From the NCBI GenBank assembly GCA_002239105.1, contig MPNQ01000005.1, forward strand, positions 4,595-68,594: a stretch of 64,000 bases of DNA, read 5' to 3'. A model generated the notes under the pieces. That model had not been told where the DNA came from, made no database searches, and saw only the letters and a program-made list of their open reading frames with translations. This document shows, in pieces, positions 36,538 to 47,207 of this stretch; within the stretch, counting starts at the first letter, position 1; every line of letters begins with the position of its first letter. Position numbers and translations under genes: made by a program. The DNA comes from a marine group bacterium Sva0996 bin134. Lineage in GTDB: Bacteria; Actinomycetota; Acidimicrobiia; Acidimicrobiales; Bin134.

Positions 36538-37776
36538 TTATCCCCCGGCGAGGACCCTCATGCGGAGGTTGTTGAGGACCGACACGGTGGTGAATTGGCG
36601 GGTGCGCTCGCGGTCGAAGGGGAACTTGACCCGGGTGGCCTCTACTTCGCCGTTGACCAGGGTGGCCATCCACACGGTGCCGGGGTCTTGGCCGTCTAAG
36701 GGGTCGGGGCCGGCTACTCCGGTGACGGCGATGGCGCAGTCGGCACCCAGCAGCTTGGCGGCGCCGTGGGCCATGGCGGTTACCGCCTCTTCGCTCACCA
36801 CTGGGCCTTCGGGCACTTCCAGCAAATCGAACTTCACGTCGCTGGCGTAGGACACCAGCCCGCCTCGAAACACGTCGCTGGCGCCGGGCACGGCGGTGAG
36901 CCGGGAACCGATCAGACCGCCGGTGAGGGACTCAGCCAGCGCCAGGGTCCAGCCCCGGCTGCGCAGGGCATCGAGCACGGCGGATTCCATGGTTTCGTCG
37001 TCGACGCCGAACACGATGTCGCCGATGATGCCCCGCACGATCTGCTCCTCGTTGGCCAGCATCTCGTCGGCGGCGGCCTCGCTGGGGGCCTTGGCGGTGA
37101 GCCGAACCTTGAGGCCCTCCATGCCCGAGGCCAGAAAGGCGATGGTGCACCCGCCGACCTCATCCAGCCGCTCGATCTCCTCGTGGAGCTTCTCGGCCAG
37201 ACCCGACTCGGAGTCACCCCAGGTGCGCAGCGTGAGGCTCTTGATCACCGCGGTGATCCCGGCCCGGGCCTTGAGATCGGGCAGCACGCACTCCCCCACC
37301 ATCTGCTGCATCTCCCAGGGCACGCCGGGCACGGCATACACCGCCTTGTCGCCGCTCTCGATCTTGAAACCGGCGGCGGTGCCGGGCATCACCGGCAGCA
37401 CATCGGCCCCTTCGGGGATGTCGGCCTGGCGCAGGTTGTTCTCGGGCATGGCTCGCCCCCGGCCCCCGAACACGGTCGAGATGCGCTCCACGATGTCGTC
37501 GCGCCGCACCAGCTCCACTCCCAGGGCCGCGGCGATCACGTCGCGGGTGATGTCGTCTTGGGTGGGGCCCAGCCCGCCGCACATGATCACCGAGTCGCTG
37601 CGCTCCAGGGACTGTTCCAGCACGGCCCGCATCCGCTTGAAGTTGTCGCCCACCTTCACCTGGTGATGCGAGTCGATGCCGGCCAGCGCCAGCTGCTCGC
37701 CGATCCACGACGAGTTGGTGTCGACAATCTGGCCGAGCAGCAGCTCGGTTCCTACCGCGATTACTTCACAGTTCAC
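36538..37776 (-). CDS. cinA: Competence/damage-inducible protein CinA (MoCF-like plus PncC domains)
   Basis: AVGTELLLGQIVDTN, GGLGPTQDDIT, AESLTGG, TGVAGP. Confidence 0.95.
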   Translation of the reverse strand: MNCEVIAVGTELLLGQIVDTNSSWIGEQLALAGIDSHHQVKVGDNFKRMRAVLEQSLERSDSVIMCGGLGPTQDDITRDVIAAALGVELVRRDDIVERISTVFGGRGRAMPENNLRQADIPEGADVLPVMPGTAAGFKIESGDKAVYAVPGVPWEMQQMVGECVLPDLKARAGITAVIKSLTLRTWGDSESGLAEKLHEEIERLDEVGGCTIAFLASGMEGLKVRLTAKAPSEAAADEMLANEEQIVRGIIGDIVFGVDDETMESAVLDALRSRGWTLALAESLTGGLIGSRLTAVPGASDVFRGGLVSYASDVKFDLLEVPEGPVVSEEAVTAMAHGAAKLLGADCAIAVTGVAGPDPLDGQDPGTVWMATLVNGEVEATRVKFPFDRERTRQFTTVSVLNNLRMRVLAGG

Positions 37777-37806
37777 GCAGGGAGGCTAACCGGCTGCGAC
37801 CGGCTA

Positions 37807-38388
37807 CTACTGGTCTGCGGCGGCAATCGCGCCGGCCCGGCCGTCGGCCATATAGCGCCAGCCGGTATAGAGGGTGAGGGCCACCGCCAGCCAGATGGCC
37901 AGCGACGGCGCCCAGTCGTGTTCCTCCAATGGGGGCAGCGCCGCCACAATGAGGGCCGCACCCTGCAACAGCGTCTTGTACTTGGCCAAGAGGCGAGCGG
38001 GAAGCGACAGACCCTCTCGGGCCCACCGGGTTCGAGCCGCGCTCACCAGCAGCTCTCGCACCGAGATGATCAGGACCGGAACCCAAAACAGCCGGTCTAC
38101 CGCCACAAAGCACCAGGAGGCCCCCAGGATCATCACCTTGTCGGCCAGCGGATCCAGGAAAGCTCCCCACCGGCTGACACTGCCGGACGACCGGGCCACC
38201 CAGCCGTCGTAGTAATCGCTGGCCCCCAATACCAGGCCCACCGTCAATACCGACCACGACGTTCCCCGGCTGTCGGACGCGGCCAGGATCAGCACGAACA
38301 ACACGGGCGACGCGGCAATGCGCCCCAGCGTGATGAGGTTGGCCGGCAACCGCAGATCGGACCAGGAATACGTCTCCACATGGCTCAT
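37807..38388 (-). CDS. pgsA: CDP-diacylglycerol--glycerol-3-phosphate 3-phosphatidyltransferase
   Basis: PANLITLGRI, DYYDGWVAR…GAFLDPLADK; rimO-pgsA-cinA order. Confidence 0.9.
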   Translation of the reverse strand: MSHVETYSWSDLRLPANLITLGRIAASPVLFVLILAASDSRGTSWSVLTVGLVLGASDYYDGWVARSSGSVSRWGAFLDPLADKVMILGASWCFVAVDRLFWVPVLIISVRELLVSAARTRWAREGLSLPARLLAKYKTLLQGAALIVAALPPLEEHDWAPSLAIWLAVALTLYTGWRYMADGRAGAIAAADQ

Positions 38389-39650
38389 GAGGGCCCCGCC
38401 TCGGCCACCATGTCGGGACCCATGGCCTCGGTCAACCGCACGGTGTGGAACTGGCCGGTGGCCAAGTGTTCGGGCACCGAGATGATCCCGTCGATCTCTG
38501 GGGCCTCTCGATAGCTGCGGGCCATGCCGGGGGTGTCCACCAGAACTTCGACCTCGCGGCCGACGAGTTGGTCACGCTTGGCCGCGGTTATCTCGTCTTG
38601 GACTTCGGCCAGCTCTCGGCGACGCTCAGCAGCCAGCTCGGCGGGCACCTCTTTGTCGAGGGTGGTGGCGTAGGTTCCCGTTTCCGGGGAGTAGGTGAAG
38701 AACCCGCACCAATCCAGGCCCACGTCGGCCACGAAATCAAGCAGGGCGTCGTGGTCGGCCTCGGTCTCTCCCGGATAGCCCACGATGAAATTCGACCGGA
38801 ACACGGCGGCGGGCTCACGCTGGCGGATGTCGGCGATGCGAGCGGCAAATCGGTGGCCGTCGCCCCACCGGCGCATGCGGGCCAGAAGCGGACGCGACAC
38901 ATGCTGCAACGACAAATCGAAGTAGGGCACGCCGGTGGCGCAGATGGCGTCGATCAGCGGGTCGGTGAGATCGGACGGGTACAAATACAGCAGACGCAAC
39001 CAGTCAACCTGCTGGCGCAGCGACTCCACCAGCGGGATGATCCCCCGCTCCCCCTGGCCCTGATCGCGCCCGTAGGAGGCCAGGTCTTGGGCCACCAGCA
39101 CCGCCTCTCGCACGCCGAGGCCCTCCACTTCGGCCACGATCGCTTCGGCCGACCGGGAGCGCTGCGGCCCCCGGAAGCTGGGGATGGCGCAGTACCCGCA
39201 GCGGCGGTCGCAGCCCTCGGCGATCTTCACGTAGGCCCACGGCGCCTCGGCCGGCGGCCGGGGCAGGTTCAGCAGGTCAAAGGAGGGAAGCGCCACCGCT
39301 GATGGTGAAGCAGCCGAGGGCTTGGCCCCGATGCTCACCGGCACGCCGAATCCGGCCACCCGGTCGGCCTCGGGCAGGGCCTCGGCCAACTCGGCACCGT
39401 AGCGCTCGGCCATGCACCCGGTTATCACCAGCTCAGCGTCAGCCGCGGTCGAGCGCAGTTCCAGCACGGTGTCCACCGATTCCTGGCGGGCCTCCTCGAT
39501 GAAGGCACAAGTGTTCACCACCACGAGGTCGGCCTCTTCGGGTGCCCCAGCCGCGGCCATACCGTCTCGAACCAGCAGACCCGTGATCTTGTCGGAGTCC
39601 ACCTGATTCTTGGGACATCCCAGGGTCTCAACCCAAAACCGGCGCACCAT
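38385..39650 (-). CDS. rimO: Ribosomal protein S12 methylthiotransferase
   Basis: LGCPKNQVDS, NTCAFI, KIAEGCDRRCGYCAIP, APEIDG. Confidence 0.95.
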   Translation of the reverse strand: MVRRFWVETLGCPKNQVDSDKITGLLVRDGMAAAGAPEEADLVVVNTCAFIEEARQESVDTVLELRSTAADAELVITGCMAERYGAELAEALPEADRVAGFGVPVSIGAKPSAASPSAVALPSFDLLNLPRPPAEAPWAYVKIAEGCDRRCGYCAIPSFRGPQRSRSAEAIVAEVEGLGVREAVLVAQDLASYGRDQGQGERGIIPLVESLRQQVDWLRLLYLYPSDLTDPLIDAICATGVPYFDLSLQHVSRPLLARMRRWGDGHRFAARIADIRQREPAAVFRSNFIVGYPGETEADHDALLDFVADVGLDWCGFFTYSPETGTYATTLDKEVPAELAAERRRELAEVQDEITAAKRDQLVGREVEVLVDTPGMARSYREAPEIDGIISVPEHLATGQFHTVRLTEAMGPDMVAEAGPS

Positions 39651-39657
39651 CCTCAGA

Positions 39658-40716
39658 TTATGCGGAGAATGGCCCAAGACCATCAGTGTCCGAGGCCGGC
39701 TGCACTACCACCTCGACCGCAGGGGTGCTCGAGACGTCATGTTCGGATTCGTCGGGGTCGTCGGAGATCAGGAACGGCATCGACACCAAGTACACGGCCA
39801 GCAAGAACGCCCCCTCCCACCATCGCTCCAAGCCGTCGCCCCGGAACATGAGCAGCCAGGCGCTGACGGAGATGCCCACCATGATCCACACCGCCAGCCC
39901 CGAGAGGTTTCCGTCTACCAGCGGTCCAGGGCCGACCAGTGCCACCACCGCACTCACCAGCAGGCTGTTGAACGTGTTGGAGCCCAAGATGTTGCCCACC
40001 AGCAGATCGGCCTCGCCCCGGCGAGCCGCCTGCACCCCGGTGATCAGCTCGGGCAGCGACGTGCCGAACGCCACCAGCGACAGCCCCACGAATCCAGAGC
40101 CCAAGCCAACCTCGTGGGCGATGTCCACCGCACCGGTCACCGCGAGTTGGGCGCCTACCACCGTGGCCCCCAGCCCCAACACGGTGCGAACCAGCTCGGC
40201 GGACTGGTTGATCGGCTTGTCGGTGTGGATGACATCGGCCGCGTTGGCGTCATAGGCCGGTCGCCACAAGATGATGCTCATGGCCACCACAAACGCGGCC
40301 AACAGGACGAAACCCTCCCACCGTTCCAAGCCGTCCTGAACCAGCAGCCAAAACAACAGCGCGGCACCCACCGAAACCACGCCCTCCCGCCACAGAGTGC
40401 TGTTGGCCACCTTGATGTACCGGCCCCCGACGGCAACCGCCGCCACCAGCGCGGAAACGCCCAACACCAGGCTCAAGTTGGCCACGTTGGAGCCGACGAT
40501 GTTGCCCACGCCCAAGTCGACATCGCCATCGGCGGCGGCCAGACCCGACACCAGCATCTCGGGAGCGCTGGTTCCGAAGCCGATGACCAGCGCCCCGATC
40601 ACGATGGGCGAGATACCCCGGGAGAAGGCCAGGCGTGACGCCCCGATCACCAGCTGGTCGGCGCCCAACGCCAGCACGAGAAGGCCTCCTCCGAGGAGCA
40701 CCGCTGCCAATGTCAC
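39658..40716 (-). CDS. Calcium/sodium (CaCA, YrbG-like) antiporter
   Basis: Two alpha repeats, GTSAPE…GNIVGSN and GTSLPE…GNILGSN. Confidence 0.92.
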   Translation of the reverse strand: MTLAAVLLGGGLLVLALGADQLVIGASRLAFSRGISPIVIGALVIGFGTSAPEMLVSGLAAADGDVDLGVGNIVGSNVANLSLVLGVSALVAAVAVGGRYIKVANSTLWREGVVSVGAALLFWLLVQDGLERWEGFVLLAAFVVAMSIILWRPAYDANAADVIHTDKPINQSAELVRTVLGLGATVVGAQLAVTGAVDIAHEVGLGSGFVGLSLVAFGTSLPELITGVQAARRGEADLLVGNILGSNTFNSLLVSAVVALVGPGPLVDGNLSGLAVWIMVGISVSAWLLMFRGDGLERWWEGAFLLAVYLVSMPFLISDDPDESEHDVSSTPAVEVVVQPASDTDGLGPFSA

Positions 40717-40749
40717 GAGCTGAGACTACCGACGAGGACTAAGCGATGG

Positions 40750-43173
40750 TCAGGGAAGCTCGTCGGGGGTCATCAGCACCTCTCGGGCTTTGGACCCCTC
40801 GGAGGGGCCGACCACGCCCCGCTGCTCCAGCAGGTCCATCAGCCGGCCGGCCCGGGCAAACCCCACCCGAAGCTTGCGCTGGAGCATCGAAGTGGAACCC
40901 AGCTGGCTGTCAACCACCAGCCTCATGGCCTGGGCCAAGAGCTCATCGTCGTCATCGCTTCCACCACCGGTGGCGGTCGACGGAGCGGCGGTCAGCGGGT
41001 CGTCGTCGCCGTCTCCCCCGTCGGTGGTCAAAGACGGGCTGCTGCTGTGGCCCATGGCCGAGGCCTGGCGCCGCCAGGCCGCCACCACACTGCGGACTTC
41101 CGCCTCGGTCACCCAAGCGCCTTGTATGCGCTGGGCGGTGGTAGAGGAGGCGTTGACCAGGAGCATGTCGCCCTGGCCCACCAAGCGCTCGGCCCCCTGC
41201 TGGTCGAGGATTACCCGGCTGTCGGTCTGGCTGGACACGGCAAAGGCCAGACGGGCCGGGATGTTGGCCTTGATCACCCCGGTGATCACGTTGATGGACG
41301 GCCGCTGGGTGGCAATCACCAGGTGGATGCCCACGGCTCGGGCCTTCTGGGCGATGCGGCAGATGGAGTCCTCCACGTCGCGGGGGGCCACCATCATCAG
41401 ATCGGACAGCTCGTCCACCACCACCAAGATGAGCGGCATCCGCTCTTTGGGCTCAGATTCCTCGATCCCCAAATCGCGGTCGTTCTCGAACACCCCCCGG
41501 TCGAAGGCGTCGTTGTAGCCGTCGATGTCGCGGACACCCACCGAGGCCAGGATCTCGTAGCGGCGGTCCATCTCCCGGCAGGCCCAGGCCAAGGCGTTGG
41601 CCGCCTTCTTGGGGTCGGTTACCGGCTGGGTGAGCAGGTGGGGCACATGTTCGTACTGGGCCATCTCCACCATCTTGGGATCGACCAAGATCATGCGCAC
41701 CTGGTCGGGGGTGGTGCGCATCAGCACCGAGGTGATCATGGAGTTGATGCACGACGACTTGCCCGCCCCGGTGGCCCCGGCAATCAATATGTGGGGCATA
41801 CGGGACAGGTCCATCATCACCGCTTTGGCGTTGATGTCCCTTCCGATGGCCACCTCTAGGGGATGCTTGGCCTTGCGGGCCTCGGCCGACGCCAAAATCC
41901 CGCCCAGCGACACCACCTGGCGGTCTCGATTGGGCACTTCTACGCCGATGGCCTGGCGCCCGGGAATCGGGGCCAGGATGCGGACATCGGGCGAGGCCAT
42001 GGCGTAGGCGATGTCCTTGCTCAGACTGGTTACCCGGCTGACCTTGACCCCCGCGGCCAGCTCCAGCTCGTAGCGGGTCACGGTGGGGCCGATCACCATC
42101 CCCACCAGCTTGGTGTCCACATCGTGGGCCGCTAGGGCCTGTTCCAGGGCGGCGCCCCTCCGGGCGGCCTCCTCCTGGTTGACCTGCTGGGGATCGGAAC
42201 CGCTCAGCAGCTTGAGCGAGGGGAGCTTCCACTTTGAAGACTTGGAGGCCTTGTCGCTGACAATGACGGGCGCCTGCCATTCCGGCTCGGGATCGGAACC
42301 TTGGGGGGGCGGGCCAACCTCGGATTCGGGCGGGGCCAGGCTGACCTCGGGCTCAGGCTCGGGGTCCGGGGAGGGAATGAAAACCACCTCGGGCTCAACC
42401 AGGTCTGTCTCCGGACCAGCCACCAAGCGGTCGTCAACCGGAGCTTCGGGGGCTTCTGGAAGTGGGGCCGTGCCGGTGAGCGAATGGATCATCCGGCTGA
42501 GGCTGGCCTTTATCTTGGCGCCGTCCACTCGGCGAGCCCAGGCCCGCAGAGACACCCGGGTCAGCACGACTAGTCCCAATAGCCCGAACGCACCCACAAC
42601 CAGGCTCGCTCCCCAGATTCCCACCACCGCGGCCAGGGTCCCGCCAAAGGCCAGGCCCAGAGCACCGCCAGCATCCATCAGTCCGTCTAGATCCTCGATG
42701 CCGGGCCGGTTCACGGCGATGTGCAAAAGGCCGGTAACCGACAGCAGCGTCAAAGCGGTGCCGATGGCGAGGCGGACGGCCAACACCAGATCGGCCCGAG
42801 CCGGATCGGTGTAGGGGTTCTTGTCGAAGGCATCCGGGGTGCTCTCCGGTTCAGCCTCATCGGGGCGGGGGCCCCGGAGCAGGACGATCCCGATGACAAC
42901 CAGCATGACGGGCACCGCGGCGCGCGCCGCGCCGATTAGAGCCCCGAGGACGGTTCGCAGGCCCGAGCCGAACGGCCCCGCCACATCCGCCCACAGACCG
43001 CAGGCCGCCAACAAGCCCGCGAGGACGAACCCCACGGCGACAATGTCGACGCGGTGGCGAGCCCAGACCGCGGCCGCGGCCTGCTTCAGTCGACCATCGG
43101 ACTGAGCACCGGCTTTGGACTTGGACTTTGTGCTGGGCTTGTTAGGGGCTTTGTGAGCGGTTTTGGTAGCCAC
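40750..43173 (-). CDS. ftsK: DNA translocase FtsK/SpoIIIE
   Basis: N-terminal TM helices, AGATGAGKS, VDELSDLMM, ATQRPS, gamma domain STSMLQRKLRVGFARAGR. Confidence 0.96.
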   Translation of the reverse strand: MATKTAHKAPNKPSTKSKSKAGAQSDGRLKQAAAAVWARHRVDIVAVGFVLAGLLAACGLWADVAGPFGSGLRTVLGALIGAARAAVPVMLVVIGIVLLRGPRPDEAEPESTPDAFDKNPYTDPARADLVLAVRLAIGTALTLLSVTGLLHIAVNRPGIEDLDGLMDAGGALGLAFGGTLAAVVGIWGASLVVGAFGLLGLVVLTRVSLRAWARRVDGAKIKASLSRMIHSLTGTAPLPEAPEAPVDDRLVAGPETDLVEPEVVFIPSPDPEPEPEVSLAPPESEVGPPPQGSDPEPEWQAPVIVSDKASKSSKWKLPSLKLLSGSDPQQVNQEEAARRGAALEQALAAHDVDTKLVGMVIGPTVTRYELELAAGVKVSRVTSLSKDIAYAMASPDVRILAPIPGRQAIGVEVPNRDRQVVSLGGILASAEARKAKHPLEVAIGRDINAKAVMMDLSRMPHILIAGATGAGKSSCINSMITSVLMRTTPDQVRMILVDPKMVEMAQYEHVPHLLTQPVTDPKKAANALAWACREMDRRYEILASVGVRDIDGYNDAFDRGVFENDRDLGIEESEPKERMPLILVVVDELSDLMMVAPRDVEDSICRIAQKARAVGIHLVIATQRPSINVITGVIKANIPARLAFAVSSQTDSRVILDQQGAERLVGQGDMLLVNASSTTAQRIQGAWVTEAEVRSVVAAWRRQASAMGHSSSPSLTTDGGDGDDDPLTAAPSTATGGGSDDDDELLAQAMRLVVDSQLGSTSMLQRKLRVGFARAGRLMDLLEQRGVVGPSEGSKAREVLMTPDELP

Positions 43174-43249
43174 AACAGCAACAAACGTACCACTGACAAC
43201 ACCAGCAACCAACGGTTTGCCCTGAGAGAGCCGACCGGCGCCGGTTTGG

Positions 43250-44908
43250 TCAGAACTCGATGATGATGGGAGCGATCATCGGACGGCGACCGGTGTTGTG
43301 GTTGACGAACTGGCCCGCGGCCCGCCGCACTACCCGCTCCAAGCTGTCTTCTTCGCCCGAAGCCAGGTGATCCTCCACCGCAGCCGCCACCTCATCGGCC
43401 CCGGCCTGTTCCAACTCCCACACCGTGTCGGCCCCGACCCACCCCTTGGTCTCAAATCGGGGACGAGCCAGCAGACGACCCTTGTCGCGGTTCACCACAA
43501 CCACCACATTGACCACACCTTGGCCTCCGAGGATGGACCGCTCGCGGAACAGCTCCCGGCCGCTCTCGATCAGCTTTCCATTCACGTAGTAGTAGTCCCC
43601 GGAGGTGACCTTCCCTCGGTTGGCCAGCCCGCGGTCGCTCAACTCCACCTGCTCACCGTCGCGGGCGATCACCACCTGATCAGAGGGCATGCCCATGTCC
43701 ATCGCCAGATCAGCGTGGGCCAAGAGGTGGCGGACTTCGCCATGGACCGGCACGAAGTACTCGGGGTCGGCCACCGTGTGCAGGGTGCGCAGCTCGTCCT
43801 GTTTCCCGTGGCCGGTGGTGTGGACCTCAAGCTGGCCGCTGTGAACCACATCGGCTCCCCGGGACATCAAGTTGTTGATCATGCGAGAGACCCGCGCCTC
43901 GTTGCCGGGTATGGGGCTGGAGCTCAACACCACGGTGTCGCGGGGGCCGATGTCAATCCAGCGGCTGTCGCCGGTGGCGGCCATCGCCAGGGCCGAGCGG
44001 GTCTCACCTTGAGATCCGGTGGCCACCACGCACACCTCCCCGGGAGGATACTGCTCGGCTTCGGACACATCGATGAAGGCCTGGTCGGGCATCTGGAGCA
44101 GGCCCAATTCCCGGGCCAAGGCGAAGTTGCGCTTCATGGACAGCCCGAGCGTGGCCACCTTTCGCCCTGAAGCCACTGCGGCGTCCACCACCTGCTGGAC
44201 CCGGTGAATGTGGCTTGAGAACGCGGCCACCACCAGCCGTCGTTCTTGATGGGCCGCGAACACCCCTCTCAGCACCCCTCCCACTTCGGTCTCCGACCGG
44301 GAGCTGCCGGGGATCTCCGAGTTGGTGGAGTCGCACAGCAGCAGCCGCACCCCTTCGGTGCGGGCGATCGCCCCAATCCGGGCAAGGTCGGTGCGCCGGC
44401 CGTCAACCGGATTCAGGTCCAGCTTGAAGTCGCTGGAGTGCAGGACAACCCCTTGGGGGGTGCGGATGGCCGAGATCAGCCCCGAGGGAACCGAGTGGGT
44501 GACCGGGATGAACTCGCAGTCGAACGACCCGATGCTGATGCGGTCGTGGTCTCCGATGGGGTTGAGGCTGGTGCGGCCCATCACCCCATGCTCTTCGAGG
44601 CGATTGCGGATCAGCCCCAGGGTGAACCGCGAGGCGTAGATGGGGAACGACAGCCAATCCAGCGCCTGTGACAGCGCTCCGATGTGATCCTCGTGGCCAT
44701 GGGTGCAGATGCAGCCCACGATGCGGTCGGCCTTGTCGCGCAGGTACTCCAGATCGGGCAGCACGAAATCGGCCCCCGGCATGTCCTCATCGGGGAAGAG
44801 CACCCCGCAGTCCAAAATGAGCACCTCTCCCCCGCACTCGATGGCCGCGCAATTCCTCCCAATGTCGCCCAAACCGCCCAAAAAGGTGATCTGGACCGGA
44901 TCAGCCAT
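43250..44908 (-). CDS. rnj: Ribonuclease J
   Basis: LGGLGDIGRN, THGHEDHIG, DSTN, TGSQGE, PVHGE. Confidence 0.95.
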   Translation of the reverse strand: MADPVQITFLGGLGDIGRNCAAIECGGEVLILDCGVLFPDEDMPGADFVLPDLEYLRDKADRIVGCICTHGHEDHIGALSQALDWLSFPIYASRFTLGLIRNRLEEHGVMGRTSLNPIGDHDRISIGSFDCEFIPVTHSVPSGLISAIRTPQGVVLHSSDFKLDLNPVDGRRTDLARIGAIARTEGVRLLLCDSTNSEIPGSSRSETEVGGVLRGVFAAHQERRLVVAAFSSHIHRVQQVVDAAVASGRKVATLGLSMKRNFALARELGLLQMPDQAFIDVSEAEQYPPGEVCVVATGSQGETRSALAMAATGDSRWIDIGPRDTVVLSSSPIPGNEARVSRMINNLMSRGADVVHSGQLEVHTTGHGKQDELRTLHTVADPEYFVPVHGEVRHLLAHADLAMDMGMPSDQVVIARDGEQVELSDRGLANRGKVTSGDYYYVNGKLIESGRELFRERSILGGQGVVNVVVVVNRDKGRLLARPRFETKGWVGADTVWELEQAGADEVAAAVEDHLASGEEDSLERVVRRAAGQFVNHNTGRRPMIAPIIIEF

Positions 44909-45794
44909 GGGTTCCTAGGCGGGTGCCGGCCAGCACTTCGGCCGCGGCTTCGGTCAACCCATCGGGCTCGACATCCATCGGTGGGCGGCATCGGCCCACT
45001 GGCAGGCCGATGAGGCGCATCATGGCCTTGGCCGGGATGGGGTTGGGGGCCTTCAACCCCGTCTCATAGTCATACGACGGGATGAGGCTGGCGTTGATTT
45101 GCCGGGCGGCGGCGACATCGCCCTTCTCGAAGGCCGCGACCATGTCGGCGTGCTCGGCCCCGGCCCAGTGGGAGGCCACGCTTATGAACCCCACCGCGCC
45201 CACTGCCAATAGTGCGAGGTTGAGGCTGTCGTCGCCGCTGTACACCTCGAAATCATCGGGAGCCTGGGCGATCAGCTTGGCGGTCTCGGCGGGGTCGCCG
45301 GCCGCGTCTTTGACGCCGACAATGTTGCCCACGCCGTGGGCCAGTTCCAGCAGAGTAGCGGTGTCCACTTTCCGCCCGGTGCGCACGGGAATGTCGTAGA
45401 TCAGCACTGGGAGATCAGTGGCTGCTGCCACCGTGGCGAAGTGCTTGGACAGACCGGCCTGTGAGGGGCGGTTGTAGTAGGGGGCCACCAGCAAGATCCC
45501 GTCGGCCCCAACCTCGGTTGACCGCTCGGTGAGCTCTACCGCCGCCGCGGTGTCGTTGCTGCCTGCCCCGGCCACCACCGGTGCATCCACCACCGAGGCG
45601 ACCGCACCGATGAGATCGATCTGCTCATCGTGGGTCAGGGTCGGGGACTCCCCCGTGGTGCCAGCGACCACCAATCCATCGCTCCCGTTGTCAACCAGCC
45701 ATTGGGCCAGCAAAGCAGCCGCATCTAGGTCCAGCGAGCCGTCATCGCGAAACGGTGTGACCATGGCGGTCAATACCCTTCCAAATCGAGCCAT
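44901..45794 (-). CDS. dapA: 4-hydroxy-tetrahydrodipicolinate synthase
   Basis: GTTGESPTL, PYYNRP, YDIPVRTG, GVKDA. Confidence 0.96.
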   Translation of the reverse strand: MARFGRVLTAMVTPFRDDGSLDLDAAALLAQWLVDNGSDGLVVAGTTGESPTLTHDEQIDLIGAVASVVDAPVVAGAGSNDTAAAVELTERSTEVGADGILLVAPYYNRPSQAGLSKHFATVAAATDLPVLIYDIPVRTGRKVDTATLLELAHGVGNIVGVKDAAGDPAETAKLIAQAPDDFEVYSGDDSLNLALLAVGAVGFISVASHWAGAEHADMVAAFEKGDVAAARQINASLIPSYDYETGLKAPNPIPAKAMMRLIGLPVGRCRPPMDVEPDGLTEAAAEVLAGTRLGTHG

Positions 45795-45803
45795 GGGATC
45801 TCC

Positions 45804-46448
45804 TTACGCGTCAGCTGAGTCGGCGGCCAGCTCGGTTGCCCGATCAATACCCAGTGACACCAGGAGATCCTCGTGCAGTTCGAACCACACTTCATGGTAG
45901 GAATCCAGAGAGGGTTTCGTAAACCAGTTAATGTCACCGCTCAGCACCTGGTTCAGCGCATATTCGAGCCGTCCCCCATAATGCCCGAAGCGGTCGAGGG
46001 CTTCGGCCAGCTGAGCGAGGATCGGCTGGACGCGCCGGTTGATCTCGGCCAGTCGGGCGATGACCGCGGCGTCGTAGTCGGGATCGGTGTGATCGTTCAA
46101 GGTCTGATCGCCGCGTACCTGGAAATCGGTGCAGACCACCTTTAGCTCGGGGTCCAACACCCTGAACGACTCATAGTGCTCTTGGATCAGGGGCTTCACC
46201 CCGGACTGGTCGACTTCGGCGGCCACCATCCGCTCGGCCTCGGCCCGGCCCTCTCCGAGCAGCATCCACCCCTTGGCCCTTTTCCCGTCGCGGTAGCGCA
46301 CCCATCCCTGCTCGCCCAGCTCGTCCAACACCGCGGCTGCCTGGTTCGACGAGAGGCCCGCGGCCCGGGCCAATGCATCAACCTCGGCCATGCCCTTCGT
46401 GCGCAGGGCATGAAGCACGCGCTGCACTATGTGGGGAGAATGGGGCAC
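45804..46448 (-). CDS. Winged-helix protein (family usually found beside ppdK, Rv1126c-like)
   Basis: N-terminal wHTH; C-terminal NDHTDPDYD…DSYHEVWFELHEDLL motif. Confidence 0.7.
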   Translation of the reverse strand: MPHSPHIVQRVLHALRTKGMAEVDALARAAGLSSNQAAAVLDELGEQGWVRYRDGKRAKGWMLLGEGRAEAERMVAAEVDQSGVKPLIQEHYESFRVLDPELKVVCTDFQVRGDQTLNDHTDPDYDAAVIARLAEINRRVQPILAQLAEALDRFGHYGGRLEYALNQVLSGDINWFTKPSLDSYHEVWFELHEDLLVSLGIDRATELAADSADA

Positions 46449-46457
46449 GATGGCAGC

Positions 46458-47192
46458 CTACTTTGGACCTGAGCTCGACTTACGGCGCAAGATGAGCGGG
46501 TAGCCCACCAGCGCGATGGTGGCGAAGACAAACCACTGCACGGCATAGGCCAGATGAGACCCCTCCCCTAGGTCGGGAGAGGGCACGGGGACGGGCAGGT
46601 CACCGGAAGGGGGTGATTGCGCCTGGAGTTGCACATAGACCGGGAGCAGGGGGTGGTCAAGCTGTTGGGACAGACGGGCCAGGTCAGGCCGGGCCATTTC
46701 GACAAGCACGCCGCTTGCGGGGTCGGGCTGCTGGAGTCCAGCAGCGGTGACCGTGGCCCGGACGAGTCCGGTCACCTCAACCTCTCCACCAACCGCCGCG
46801 AATTCCGCTGGTAGTGCGCCGGTGCCCGCCCCGTGGGGAATCCAGCCCCGATTGACGGCAACGACCGCTCCGGTTTGAAGTCGGAGTGGGGTGAGGACCC
46901 AAAACCCGGCGGTGCCCTGATGGGTGCGGTTTCGGATCAGCACTTGATCGTCAGTCTGGTAGACACCGACCGCCCGGACCAGGCGGAACTCAATCTCGCG
47001 GCCGGCGTCGAGAGGATCGTCAATTCCTGCCAGATCTTGCACTTCGGCGATGGGAAGCTGGCTGCGGCTGGTGATTGTGCTGTTGCGATCTCGGCGCTCA
47101 GACAGCCGATGGAGCTGCCAGAACCCCGCGGCGACCATGGCGATCACCGCCAACAGCACCGCGATGTTGAGCAACTGGCGCCGGAGCGACAC
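46458..47192 (-). CDS. SURF1 family protein
   Basis: GFWQLHR, GFWVLTPL, VNRGWIP, HLAYAVQWFVF. Confidence 0.92.
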   Translation of the reverse strand: MSLRRQLLNIAVLLAVIAMVAAGFWQLHRLSERRDRNSTITSRSQLPIAEVQDLAGIDDPLDAGREIEFRLVRAVGVYQTDDQVLIRNRTHQGTAGFWVLTPLRLQTGAVVAVNRGWIPHGAGTGALPAEFAAVGGEVEVTGLVRATVTAAGLQQPDPASGVLVEMARPDLARLSQQLDHPLLPVYVQLQAQSPPSGDLPVPVPSPDLGEGSHLAYAVQWFVFATIALVGYPLILRRKSSSGPK

Positions 47193-47207
47193 GACTGGGC
47201 TCTGGTT

